In this document: positions 54,528 through 64,000 of the stretch, one piece after another
Layout of the letters: each line of letters opens with the position of its first letter
Position numbering within the stretch: position 1 is the stretch's first letter
DNA from: an uncultured Lachnospiraceae bacterium
GTDB taxonomy: Bacteria > Bacillota > Clostridia > Lachnospirales > Lachnospiraceae
NCBI GenBank assembly: GCA_902762955.1
Contig: CACWQH010000005.1
Coordinates: 49,931-113,930 of the forward strand
Direction of reading: 5' to 3'
DNA length: 64,000 bases
Program-made: the position numbers and the translations under genes
The notes under the pieces: generated by a model
What the model saw: only the letters and a program-made list of their open reading frames with translations
Told to the model about the DNA's origin: nothing
Database searches by the model: none

Positions 54528-54563
54528 AGCTTGAAACTGCGCATGATTGCGCAGTTTTAAGCT
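54528..54563. repeat. Short hairpin linking P4 and P5
   Basis: AGCTTGAAACTGCGCA-TGAT-TGCGCAGTTTTAAGCT. Confidence 0.85.
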
Positions 54564-54878
54564 ACAGGTATGAAAGTTCCTGACAGAAGGGAATGTTTCC
54601 AAAAACTTTATTATGACAGAAAATCGAAAATCAGGTGGTTGTTACAACAATTTGACCCGATTTGTGTTAAATCAGCAACGAGTACTTGAATTGATTTTGC
54701 ACGTATAAAACCAATATGTTTGAGCGAAGCGAGTTTATTGGTTTTGTGCAAAATCAAAGAAAGTACGAGTACTCTGATTTCACAAATTGCTGGTAAGTTG
54801 TAACAACCACCTGATTTTCGTTTCTGTCATATAATAAACTAAATTACATTCCCTGCTGTCAGGAGCTTTTATGCCTGT
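54564..54878. repeat. Long imperfect palindrome, element P5 (315 bp)
   Basis: Ends ACAGGTATGAAAGTTCCTGACAG/CTGTCAGGAGCTTTTATGCCTGT; apex TGTTTGAGCGAAGCGAGTT at 54717-54735; full-length version of P3. Confidence 0.95.
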
Positions 54879-54899
54879 CACCCAGCGGGGAAGTGGAAT

Positions 54900-57224
54900 T
54901 TATTGCTGTTCTTTGACGACACTCTTGCGCTTGTTTTTCTTGTTTTCGTAGAGGGCCTCGTCAGCGTTGTGGAGGATTTCCTCGATACTGATGGAAGGTG
55001 TACATGTGAAGGTGTAGACACCGAGGCTTATGTCGATGTAGTATGGCTTGCCACAGGTGTCATTTAGCTCTTTTGAAAGGGAAGCTATGGTATTTCTGAT
55101 GGCTTGTGGGCGTTCTACATCATCTAAAAATGCGAAGGCTACAAATTCATCACCGCCTATACGTCCTATGATGTCGTTTTCATCAAAACTCTTTTTGAGG
55201 ATATTTGCAATACTCTTAATGGCAAAGTCACCATTTTTGTGACCATAAATATCATTTACCTGCTTTAAGTTATCCATATCTGCGAAAACAATCATGGCAC
55301 GTTTGCCCTCGTTATAAGAAGAATTAACGTAAGACTGTACACTGTCAAGGAATCCACGACGATTATTTATGCCTGTCAACTGGTCAGTTATCGATAGCTC
55401 GTTTAAGAGTCTGTTCTTCGCGTTGAGCTCGGTAGCAGAGATAGCGAGTTTCTTTTGAATCGCAAGCTGCTGCTTCATAAGTGAAATGAAGTTAAGCGAG
55501 GTCGATAACTGAAGTGTGGTAGGATAGATATTGTCAAAATGAGTTATATCTATTTCACCTACAAATAAACCATACTGGATGTTGTTGGTAAACAAAGGTG
55601 ATATAACCATGGTCCTTCTTCGGTCATAGGAGGTGTAGTGGTTAAAGAACACTTCATCGGAAGAGATAAGTCTGCTGTCACCGGAAAGATAAGTGGTTTT
55701 ACCTTTGTCATTGCATACCTGAAGATAGAGATTCTTTGGAACCTTCCATGAACCATCAGGAAGAAGCATAACAGGTTCATCGTAAATATAAATGTATGAG
55801 CTTATATAATCAGAATCAACAAGCTTATCCATCATGAGCTTAAAGCATGCCTCTTCATCATCACTGTATGTAAGAGTATCTCTTGTGATGTACATGGATG
55901 ACCATACATTTGATTTGTGTTTTCTTACGGTGTTGTAAAGTGTGCCAGAGGTATGAAGTAAAAGTGCTTCAAGAACCTCATTAAATAATTGAGACAGGAT
56001 AGAAGTTTTTTCCATATCCTTATCAACCATAGCAATAAGAAGCTCTTTAAGTTGACATATTGCATGTATAGTTTTATCGACATTAAAGTGACTGTTTATA
56101 ACAGGAGAATCCAATAGCTTTACGGCTTCACGAACGATAGCTTCACTGTCAAATTCATAGGTCTGATCAACTATAATAGGCTTAATTATAGATTGGAAAA
56201 ATGGATTAACCGTATCTATAAGCTTTTTATAATAAAATGTCTTCTTGTAATCGTGGAACAGATACTCATCTATATTTTCCACTGCTTTTTCTACCGAATC
56301 AGAAAAGCTGTTTTGCTTTTCTATAAGGTTATTTAGGTTATAGTCACCACAGCCACAGGAGGAGCGTACGATAAGCTCGGAATTTAAAATACTCAAATTT
56401 GTTTTTCCTGTATTGATAAGATTTACGGCTTCAAAGACAGACTGGTATCCCATGGTTATAACACTATTATGAACCGTAGTAAGTGGCGGATCCAAGACAA
56501 TCGAAACAGGAGAATCATCATAGCCTGTAACAAGAATATCCTTTCCTATTTCCAAACCATGCTCCTTGATTGCAGTATAGCCTCCTATAACCATCTGATC
56601 ATTTGCAAACACAATGGCTTCAAGGTCAGGATTTCTGTCAAGAAGCTCTCCTACAATTCCCTCTGTAAATTCTGAAAAATTACCGTAAACAATTCGCTTT
56701 TCGTCAACCTCTATATTATTTTCCTTAAGAACCTCCATATAGGTGTTAAGTCTTTCTCTTGCATCGGCATTTTCCTTTCTGCCGCTGACAAAGCCTATCT
56801 TTGTTTTGCCATGCTCCTTTACAAGATGCTCTACAGCCTGACGCATACCGGTTTTGCTTTCTGTATATAAAAACGGATAGCCGGGAACTTCTATTTCAAT
56901 TGTAAGAATCGGAATATCAAATTTACTTAAGAAAGCAATCATATCATTTTCGGAAAGAAAGCTTCCGATTGAACCGATAGATACGATAAGAGCATCAAGA
57001 GTATGCTTGGATGCATAGTAAAAAATAGAATTATATTGATAATCAAATCGTGCGTTTTTAGGGTCGTTGTAGGATGCGTTCATGTACATGCCCGGAAATA
57101 CAACCAGATTGACATCAAGCTCCTTGGCAGCACAGTCCACTCCCTTACAAACCTCATACGCATAATCATTATCAAGATGACAGGTAAAAAAACCTATATT
57201 GAGCCTTTTCTTGTTCTTGTCCAT
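54900..57224 (-). CDS. Diguanylate cyclase with an N-terminal LacI-type sugar-binding domain
   Basis: AIVFANDQMVIG, TGYDD, PPLTTV and LIVRSSCGC (LacI effector fold, no HTH); DQLTGINNRRGF and GRIGGDEF. Confidence 0.93.
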   Translation of the reverse strand: MDKNKKRLNIGFFTCHLDNDYAYEVCKGVDCAAKELDVNLVVFPGMYMNASYNDPKNARFDYQYNSIFYYASKHTLDALIVSIGSIGSFLSENDMIAFLSKFDIPILTIEIEVPGYPFLYTESKTGMRQAVEHLVKEHGKTKIGFVSGRKENADARERLNTYMEVLKENNIEVDEKRIVYGNFSEFTEGIVGELLDRNPDLEAIVFANDQMVIGGYTAIKEHGLEIGKDILVTGYDDSPVSIVLDPPLTTVHNSVITMGYQSVFEAVNLINTGKTNLSILNSELIVRSSCGCGDYNLNNLIEKQNSFSDSVEKAVENIDEYLFHDYKKTFYYKKLIDTVNPFFQSIIKPIIVDQTYEFDSEAIVREAVKLLDSPVINSHFNVDKTIHAICQLKELLIAMVDKDMEKTSILSQLFNEVLEALLLHTSGTLYNTVRKHKSNVWSSMYITRDTLTYSDDEEACFKLMMDKLVDSDYISSYIYIYDEPVMLLPDGSWKVPKNLYLQVCNDKGKTTYLSGDSRLISSDEVFFNHYTSYDRRRTMVISPLFTNNIQYGLFVGEIDITHFDNIYPTTLQLSTSLNFISLMKQQLAIQKKLAISATELNAKNRLLNELSITDQLTGINNRRGFLDSVQSYVNSSYNEGKRAMIVFADMDNLKQVNDIYGHKNGDFAIKSIANILKKSFDENDIIGRIGGDEFVAFAFLDDVERPQAIRNTIASLSKELNDTCGKPYYIDISLGVYTFTCTPSISIEEILHNADEALYENKKNKRKSVVKEQQ

Positions 57225-57432
57225 AAATAACCCCCGGAATTAAATGCTTAAAAATGTCAAAAAATGTAGTAATTTAGCAAAAAAACACTATAGTTAATTT
57301 ACCATATTTTAAGTTAAATATCAATAAAAAATATAGTATGCAAATGCTTTACAAACTGTTCTATTTCGACTATAATAATGTCGGCTAATTTATTTCAAAT
57401 TATATGTCAATAATATTCAGGAGGATTTACAT

Positions 57433-58458
57433 ATGGATTACAAAAAAGCCGGAGTTGATATTGAGGCAGGATATAAGTCGGTAGAGCTTATGAAAAAGCA
57501 CATCAAAAAGACTATGAGAGAAGAAGTCTTAGGTGAGATAGGCGGCTTTGCCGGTGCTTTTGATTTGAGCAAGATTAAAAATATGGAGGAGCCGGTGCTG
57601 CTTTCCGGAACTGATGGATGCGGAACCAAGGTTAAGCTGGCATTTCTTATGGATAAGCATGACACCATAGGTATAGATGCTGTTGCAATGTGTGTAAATG
57701 ATATAGCTTGCTCCGGAGGAGAGCCTTTATTTTTCCTGGACTATATCGCATGTGGTAAAAATTATCCTGAAAAGATAGCTGCCATAGTAAGCGGAGTTGC
57801 AGAGGGTTGCTGCCAAAGCGGTGCGGCACTTGTAGGCGGCGAAACCGCTGAACATCCGGGACTTATGCCGGAGGATGAGTATGACCTTGCAGGCTTTGCC
57901 GTAGGTGTTGTTGATAAAAAGGATTTGATAACAGGTGCAGATATAAAGGATGGCGATAAGCTTATCGGTATAGCTTCAAGCGGTGTTCACAGCAATGGCT
58001 TTTCACTTGTCAGAAAAGTATTTGAGATGACTAAGGAGTCTCTTGATACTTACTATGATGAGCTTGGAAAGACTCTTGGTGAGGCACTTATCGAGCCTAC
58101 AAGAATATATGTTAAAGCCCTGAAAAACATTAAGGATAACGGAATAAGAGTTAAGGGCTGCAGTCATATCACAGGCGGTGGCTTTTATGAAAATATTCCA
58201 AGGATGCTCCCTGATGGAGTTAAAGCAGTCATAGATAAGAATTCCTATGAGGTACCTGCTATATTTAAGCTTCTTGCTGCTAAAGGAAATATAGAAGAAA
58301 AGATGATGTATAACACTTATAACATGGGTATAGGCATGGTCGTAGCTGTTAATGAGGCTGATGTAGAAGGAACCATTAAAGCTATCGAGGCTGCCGGTGA
58401 TAAGGCATACCTTATAGGTGAGGTTAAGGCAGGAGAAAAGGGAGTAGAATTATGTTAA
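57433..58458 (+). CDS. purM: AIR synthetase
   Basis: [25 protein letters not shown] and HITGGG motifs. Confidence 0.97.
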   Translation: MDYKKAGVDIEAGYKSVELMKKHIKKTMREEVLGEIGGFAGAFDLSKIKNMEEPVLLSGTDGCGTKVKLAFLMDKHDTIGIDAVAMCVNDIACSGGEPLFFLDYIACGKNYPEKIAAIVSGVAEGCCQSGAALVGGETAEHPGLMPEDEYDLAGFAVGVVDKKDLITGADIKDGDKLIGIASSGVHSNGFSLVRKVFEMTKESLDTYYDELGKTLGEALIEPTRIYVKALKNIKDNGIRVKGCSHITGGGFYENIPRMLPDGVKAVIDKNSYEVPAIFKLLAAKGNIEEKMMYNTYNMGIGMVVAVNEADVEGTIKAIEAAGDKAYLIGEVKAGEKGVELC

Positions 58459-59042
58459 GAGTTGTTGTGCTTGTATCAGGCGGAGGAACCAATCTTCAGG
58501 CAATCATTGACAGTGTTAATAACGGTACTATCACCAATACCGAACTGGTTGGTGTAATAAGCAATAATTACGGGGTTTATGCACTGGAAAGAGCAAAAAA
58601 TGCCGGGATAGATAATCAGGTGGTTTCACCAAAGGACTATCCTTCAAGAGAGGCATTTAATGATGCACTTTTGGAAAAAGTTAATGCATATAATCCGGAT
58701 CTTATCGTCCTTGCAGGATTTCTTGTAGTTATCCCTGAGAAGATGATAGACGCATATGAAAATAAAATAATAAATATACATCCGTCTCTTATACCGTCAT
58801 TTTGCGGAACAGGATATTATGGTCTTAAGGTACATGAGGCGGCTCTTAGTCGTGGTGTAAAGGTATCGGGTGCAACGGTACACTATGTGGACAAGGGAAC
58901 CGATACAGGTCCTATCATTCTTCAAAAGGCAGTTGAGGTAAAGGAAGGTGATACTCCTAAGACATTGCAGCAAAGAATAATGGAGGAGGCAGAGTGGAAG
59001 CTTTTGCCTGCTGCGATTAATATGATTGCTAACAGGAGTTAG
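58452..59042 (+). CDS. purN: Phosphoribosylglycinamide formyltransferase
   Basis: [18 protein letters not shown] and DTGPII motifs. Confidence 0.97.
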   Translation: MLRVVVLVSGGGTNLQAIIDSVNNGTITNTELVGVISNNYGVYALERAKNAGIDNQVVSPKDYPSREAFNDALLEKVNAYNPDLIVLAGFLVVIPEKMIDAYENKIINIHPSLIPSFCGTGYYGLKVHEAALSRGVKVSGATVHYVDKGTDTGPIILQKAVEVKEGDTPKTLQQRIMEEAEWKLLPAAINMIANRS

Positions 59043-59136
59043 TATTTACTAAGAAAATGTAAAATAAATAATATATTTTCAAGATTGAAAAAACAGTATG
59101 ATTAAAATAATAGAAATGATATGAAGGAGTAAGATT

Positions 59137-60408
59137 ATGAAGGTACTTATCGTAGGAGGCGGCGGAAGAGAGCATGCCATAGCAGTAAAATGTAGTGAGA
59201 GTAAGCTTGTGGATAAGCTTTATGCAGCACCGGGAAATGCAGGTATTGCAAAGCTTGCGGAGTGTGTTGACATATCGGTTATGGATGCTGATAAGTTGGT
59301 TGCATTTGCAAAGGAAAAGGATATTGATTTAACGATAATCGGACCGGATGATCCACTTGTTGCAGGCGTTGCGGATGCATTTACAGCTGCAGGCTTAAGA
59401 GTATTCGGACCGGCAAAGAACGCAGCTATTATAGAAGGCTCAAAGGCATTCTCCAAGGATTTAATGAAAAAGTATAATATACCATCAGCTGCTTATGAGG
59501 TTTTTGATAATGCAGATGATGCGCTTTCATATCTTGAAACAGCTAAGATGCCTATCGTGCTTAAGGCAGACGGACTTGCTTTAGGTAAGGGTGTACTTAT
59601 CTGTAACAATCTTGAGGAGGCAAAGGCCGGTGTTAAGACTCTTATGCTTGATAAGCAGTTCGGGGCAGCCGGTGATAAGATTGTAATCGAGGAATTTATG
59701 ACAGGCAGGGAGGTTTCTGTGCTTTGCTTCTGTGACGGTACACATATTAAGCCGATGACCTCAGCACAGGATCATAAGAGAGCCAAGGATGGTGATAAGG
59801 GACTTAATACCGGAGGTATGGGTACATTTTCACCAAGTCCTTTCTATACAGAGGATATTGATAAGTTCTGTAAGGAGAAGATTTATCAGCCGACTATGGA
59901 TGCCATGAAGGCTGAAGGAAGAGATTTCACAGGTATTCTTTTCTGTGGACTTATGCTTACAGAGGATGGACCAAAGGTACTCGAATATAATGCTAGATTT
60001 GGTGATCCTGAAGCACAGGTTGTTTTACCTCGAATGAAAAATGACATAATAGAGGTTATGGAGGCCTGCATAGACGGTAAGCTTGATGAGATTGATTTAC
60101 AGTTTGAGGATAATGCGGCAGTATGTGTAATACTTGCTTCTGACGGTTATCCTGAACATTATGATAAGGGCTTTGTTATAAGCGGACTTGATACCTTTGA
60201 TGATAAGGACGGTTATTATGTATTCCATGCAGGTACAAAGCTTACTGACAAAGGTATTGTAACTAATGGTGGCCGTGTACTTGGCGTGACTGCAAAGGGT
60301 GAGGATTTATTTAAGGCAAGAGCCAATGCATATGAAGCTACAAAATGGATAGACTTTGAAAATAAGTATATGAGAAATGACATAGGTAAAGCTATAGATG
60401 AGCAGTGA
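59137..60408 (+). CDS. purD: Phosphoribosylamine--glycine ligase
   Basis: GGGGREHA, KADGLALGKGV, QDHKR and EYNARFGDPE motifs. Confidence 0.97.
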   Translation: MKVLIVGGGGREHAIAVKCSESKLVDKLYAAPGNAGIAKLAECVDISVMDADKLVAFAKEKDIDLTIIGPDDPLVAGVADAFTAAGLRVFGPAKNAAIIEGSKAFSKDLMKKYNIPSAAYEVFDNADDALSYLETAKMPIVLKADGLALGKGVLICNNLEEAKAGVKTLMLDKQFGAAGDKIVIEEFMTGREVSVLCFCDGTHIKPMTSAQDHKRAKDGDKGLNTGGMGTFSPSPFYTEDIDKFCKEKIYQPTMDAMKAEGRDFTGILFCGLMLTEDGPKVLEYNARFGDPEAQVVLPRMKNDIIEVMEACIDGKLDEIDLQFEDNAAVCVILASDGYPEHYDKGFVISGLDTFDDKDGYYVFHAGTKLTDKGIVTNGGRVLGVTAKGEDLFKARANAYEATKWIDFENKYMRNDIGKAIDEQ

Positions 60409-60422
60409 AACGGAGATATAGC

Positions 60423-60821
60423 ATGATAATTAAAATTGATTTTAACAGCGATGAAGCAATTTATATGCAGCTAAGAAATCAAATAATAATGGGAATTGCC
60501 CAGGAGGAAATAAAGGACGGTGAGTCTCTTCCGTCAGTCAGGCAGTTGGCAGATGAGCTTGGAGTGAATATGCATACCGTAAATAAGGCATATGCGCTTT
60601 TAAGGGAGGATGGTTATTTAAAGCTTGACAGACGAAAAGGCGCAGTTGTGTGTATATCACTTGATTCCAAACCAAAACACCTTGAAGTTATAAACTGCAA
60701 TATGCGTATGATGGTTGCGGAAGCAGTTTGTAAGCAGATAAGTGCAGAAGAATTGCATCAGATTATTTCTGATATGTTTAAGGAGTTTGAAAGATTTGGC
60801 AACAACGGAGGTAAACAATGA
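60423..60821 (+). CDS. GntR-family regulator (YtrA-like)
   Basis: IYMQLRNQI and LPSVRQLADELGVNMHTVNKAY motifs; start set at ATG 60423. Confidence 0.9.
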   Translation: MIIKIDFNSDEAIYMQLRNQIIMGIAQEEIKDGESLPSVRQLADELGVNMHTVNKAYALLREDGYLKLDRRKGAVVCISLDSKPKHLEVINCNMRMMVAEAVCKQISAEELHQIISDMFKEFERFGNNGGKQ

Positions 60822-63274
60822 AACTAGGATATACATTGCAGGCTCAGGAGGTATTGGATGTAGCTGCTGAGACAGCAGGCAGTATGAAGCATAGATTTAT
60901 AGGGACGGAGCATCTTTTATTTGCTCTGATAACCTATCCGTCGGGTACGGCATATAAGGTGCTTACCGAAAACGGTGCAGATGTTAAGGTTGTAAAGGAA
61001 TACCTTAATAAGATAAAAGACTTTGGACAGGGCAAGACTAAGGATACTCAGTATTCCGGTAAGCTGAAGCAGGTTTTGGAGACTGCGGAGGCAGAAGCGG
61101 TTAAGCAAAAATGCAGTGAAGTCGGAACAGAACAGCTTATAATTGCAATCATTAAATCAAATGATTCTATAGCATATAAGCTGCTTGATTCCATGTCGGT
61201 AAATATTCAGAAGATATATATGGATATCATGGTTTCCATGGGTAAGGATCCCCAGGCAGCCAAGAAGGAGTATTCTGCGCTTAAAAATCCTTCCGGTAAG
61301 AAAAAAACATCATCATCCACACCTACGTTGGATCAGTACAGCAAGGATTTGACAAAGGAAGCGAGAGAAAGAAATGTAGATCCTGTTATAGGAAGAAATG
61401 CTGAGATCGAAAGAGTTATGCAGATCCTTTGCAGGAGAATGAAAAATAATCCATGTCTCGTAGGTGAACCCGGAGTAGGTAAAACAGCAATCGTTGAGGG
61501 ACTGGCGCAGCTTATAGCAGAAGAAAATGTTCCGGAGATACTTGCAGAAAAGAAGATATTGAATCTTGATTTATCAAGTATGGTAGCGGGTTCTAAGTAT
61601 CGTGGAGAGTTCGAAGAGAGAATAAAAAAGGTAATTAATGAGGTCAAGGCTGCAGGAGATGTTATTCTTTTTGTGGATGAGCTTCATACCATAATCGGTG
61701 CCGGTGGTGCTGAGGGTGCACTTGATGCATCCAATATATTAAAGCCTGCACTTTCACGTGGTGAGGTTCAGCTTATAGGTGCAACCACAAGAACTGAATA
61801 TAGAAAATATGTCGAAAAGGATGCTGCACTTGAAAGAAGATTTCAACCTGTATATGTGGAAGAGCCAACAGCTGAAGAAACCACAGAAATTCTTACAGGC
61901 TTAAAGCACAAATACGAAGAGCATCATGGTGTAAGCATATCCGATGAGGCTATAGCTGCAGCAACCGAATATTCCGTAAGATATATCAACGACAGATTTC
62001 TTCCTGATAAGGCGATTGACCTTATAGATGAGGCTTCATCAAGAAAGAAGCTTGGACTTTATACAAAGAGTAAGTCAACAGTAAATCTTGAGGAGCGTTT
62101 AAAAGAACTTGAGGAAGAACTTGAAGAGGTTATTACAGAGGGTGATTTTGAAAAAGCATCTTCGGTAAAAAAGGATATTGAGAAAACCAAAAAGAAGATA
62201 GAAAAGACAAAGATAGACAATCATAACAGGGAAGAAGAACGTCTGGAGATAACCGGTGACGATATTGCAGACGTAGTTTCTGTATGGACTAAAGTCCCTG
62301 TAAGCAAAATTACCGAAACAGAATCCTCAAGGCTTCTTAAACTCGAGGATACGCTCCATAAGAGAGTTGTAGCACAGGAAGAGGCTGTTGATGCAGTTGC
62401 CAAAGCTATCAGAAGAGGAAGAGTAGGTCTTAAGGATCCGAAGAGACCTATCGGTTCATTTTTATTCCTCGGACCTACAGGCGTTGGTAAAACTGAACTC
62501 TCAAAGGCTCTTGCGGAAGCTGTATTTGGAGATGAAAAATCCCTTATAAGAGTTGATATGTCCGAATATATGGAAAAACACAGTGTATCAAAGATTATAG
62601 GCTCTCCTCCGGGATATGTCGGCTTTGATGAGGGTGGACAGCTCAGTGAAAATGTCCGCAAAAATCCTTATTCGGTCATACTGTTTGATGAGATAGAAAA
62701 GGCGCATCCTGATGTATTTAACATACTTCTTCAGGTGCTTGATGACGGTCATATAACCGATTCCCAGGGAAGAAAGGTAGACTTTAAAAATACAATAATA
62801 ATCATGACAAGTAATGCCGGTGCCCAGAGAATCATTGATCCTAAAACACTTGGATTTGGCGGCGGAAATGATGCTGAAAAAAATCATGAGGATATGAAAA
62901 AGAGTGTTATGGATGAGATTAAGCAGATATTCAGACCGGAATTCCTTAACCGTATCGATGACATAATTGTATTTAGAACTCTTACCAAGGATAATATCAA
63001 GGCTATAAGTGCACTTATGCTTAAGGAGTTAAAAACCAGGGTTAAGAAACAGATGGATATTACTCTCACCTATGGTGACAGCATCAAGAACTTTATCTTT
63101 GACAAGGGATATGATAAGAAGTTTGGTGCCAGACCTATCAAGCGAACCATCCAAAATGAGATTGAGGATAAGCTTGCAGAGGAAATACTTAAGGGTGATG
63201 TCAAGCAGGGTGATAAGGTCAGCATCGGAGTGAAAGAGAATAAGGTAACATTTACAGTTAAAAACTTCAAATAA
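60818..63274 (+). CDS. clpC: ATP-dependent Clp protease ATPase ClpC
   Basis: Clp N repeats; GEPGVGKT and GPTGVGKT Walker A motifs; GPPGYVG-type pore loop; GARP. Confidence 0.95.
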   Translation: MKLGYTLQAQEVLDVAAETAGSMKHRFIGTEHLLFALITYPSGTAYKVLTENGADVKVVKEYLNKIKDFGQGKTKDTQYSGKLKQVLETAEAEAVKQKCSEVGTEQLIIAIIKSNDSIAYKLLDSMSVNIQKIYMDIMVSMGKDPQAAKKEYSALKNPSGKKKTSSSTPTLDQYSKDLTKEARERNVDPVIGRNAEIERVMQILCRRMKNNPCLVGEPGVGKTAIVEGLAQLIAEENVPEILAEKKILNLDLSSMVAGSKYRGEFEERIKKVINEVKAAGDVILFVDELHTIIGAGGAEGALDASNILKPALSRGEVQLIGATTRTEYRKYVEKDAALERRFQPVYVEEPTAEETTEILTGLKHKYEEHHGVSISDEAIAAATEYSVRYINDRFLPDKAIDLIDEASSRKKLGLYTKSKSTVNLEERLKELEEELEEVITEGDFEKASSVKKDIEKTKKKIEKTKIDNHNREEERLEITGDDIADVVSVWTKVPVSKITETESSRLLKLEDTLHKRVVAQEEAVDAVAKAIRRGRVGLKDPKRPIGSFLFLGPTGVGKTELSKALAEAVFGDEKSLIRVDMSEYMEKHSVSKIIGSPPGYVGFDEGGQLSENVRKNPYSVILFDEIEKAHPDVFNILLQVLDDGHITDSQGRKVDFKNTIIIMTSNAGAQRIIDPKTLGFGGGNDAEKNHEDMKKSVMDEIKQIFRPEFLNRIDDIIVFRTLTKDNIKAISALMLKELKTRVKKQMDITLTYGDSIKNFIFDKGYDKKFGARPIKRTIQNEIEDKLAEEILKGDVKQGDKVSIGVKENKVTFTVKNFK

Positions 63275-63393
63275 AATTAATAATTATTTTGTGGTAAAAA
63301 AATCTTTTATATTGTATAATTAAGATGTGCATTATTGATGAGATAAGTATACGTTTCAGGATAATAATATAATACACATATGGAGGAGAAAAG

Positions 63394-63807
63394 ATGGCAG
63401 TAATTGATGAGTTAATCCGTGAAGAAGAGACAGGTGCATTAAGCTTTGGTAATTATGCTCTTGCAGACAAGACTAAGAAAGATGGCTTTAATTACAATGG
63501 AGATATCTATAAAATTAAGACCTTCAGAGAGATAACAAAGCTTGAAAAAAACGGTACATTTGTATACGAGTCAGTTCCGGGAACCGTTGTTCACAATTTC
63601 AGGGCAACAGACAAAGAGGTTGTTTTAGATGTGGAGGGAACTGAGGATTCTCAGGTAACTCTTGAGCTTGAGGCTGAAAAGGATTACAAGATACATATAG
63701 ACAATATATATGTAGGAAAGATGAAGACAAATCTTGGTGGAAAGCTTAATCTTTCGGTTGAGCTTGAGCCGGGTAAACAGGTAAATGTTAAGATAGAAAA
63801 AATGTAA
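63394..63807 (+). CDS. Conserved hypothetical beta-rich protein
   Basis: 137 aa ORF with strong SD GGAGGAG; no function recognised. Confidence 0.75.
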   Translation: MAVIDELIREEETGALSFGNYALADKTKKDGFNYNGDIYKIKTFREITKLEKNGTFVYESVPGTVVHNFRATDKEVVLDVEGTEDSQVTLELEAEKDYKIHIDNIYVGKMKTNLGGKLNLSVELEPGKQVNVKIEKM

Positions 63808-63865
63808 TCAAGAAAATGTAATCAAGAAAATGTAATCAAGAAAATGTAATCAAGAAAATGTAATC
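63799..63865 (+). repeat. 14-bp tandem repeat AAAATGTAATCAAG, about 4.8 copies
   Basis: Four exact units plus an 11-bp partial; the first unit contains the final Met and stop codon of the upstream gene. Confidence 0.95.
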
Positions 63866-63904
63866 TGAAAAGTCCTTATTAATTTTGTTAAAGGAGTAGA
63901 TATA

Positions 63905-64000
63905 GTGGCAAAGGAAAAACAGGTTTTTTACTGTAAGGAATGCGGCTATGAATCTGCTAAATGGTTAGGCCAGTGTCCGGGATGCCGGCAATGGAATACA
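63905..64000 (+). CDS. radA: DNA repair protein RadA/Sms, 5' part (runs off the window)
   Basis: GTG start after AAGGAG; [32 protein letters not shown] zinc finger; near clpC. Confidence 0.92.
   Translation, partial: MAKEKQVFYCKECGYESAKWLGQCPGCRQWNT

Noticed and set aside
53900-55120. Diversity-generating retroelement as the cause of the codon shift
   Set aside because: No reverse transcriptase or template/variable repeat pair in the window, and the shift is at third codon positions of intact housekeeping proteins rather than diversifying residues.
63799-63865. Possible CRISPR or iteron array
   Set aside because: Head-to-tail 14-mers with no spacers and no rep or cas gene nearby.

Overview
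AT-rich Firmicute chromosome segment, most likely Lachnospiraceae (inferred from gene content and protein style). It is mostly housekeeping: purA/purF/purMND, icd, citrate synthase, glutamine synthetase III, infC-rpmI-rplT, tyrS, aroF/pheA/aroK, metF, topB, clpC and the start of radA. It also carries a J-domain/HscC pair, an ABC exporter with a two-component system, an [FeFe]-hydrogenase and two c-di-GMP proteins. No prophage, CRISPR array or intact transposase was seen. The main unexplained structure is a family of long (127-315 bp) imperfect palindromes at 4 of the 6 convergent gene junctions. Four copies share an apical motif (TGTYTGRGCGWAGCGAGTT) and a bulged mid-stem motif while the other arm sequence diverges with pairing kept; a fifth shorter copy has a variant apex. 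Gene ends flanking these elements switch sharply from T-ending to C-ending synonymous codons, mirror-symmetrically about the element, and the two element-free convergent junctions do not. One copy is fused to a decapitated Rpn-family nuclease gene, and a related motif sits in repeats derived from the tRNA 3' end. Other notable items are an unannotated Phe-rich leader-peptide attenuator upstream of pheA, a rare tRNA-Leu(AAG), and a PurF lacking the catalytic N-terminal Cys. All counts are hand counts and no database searches were run.
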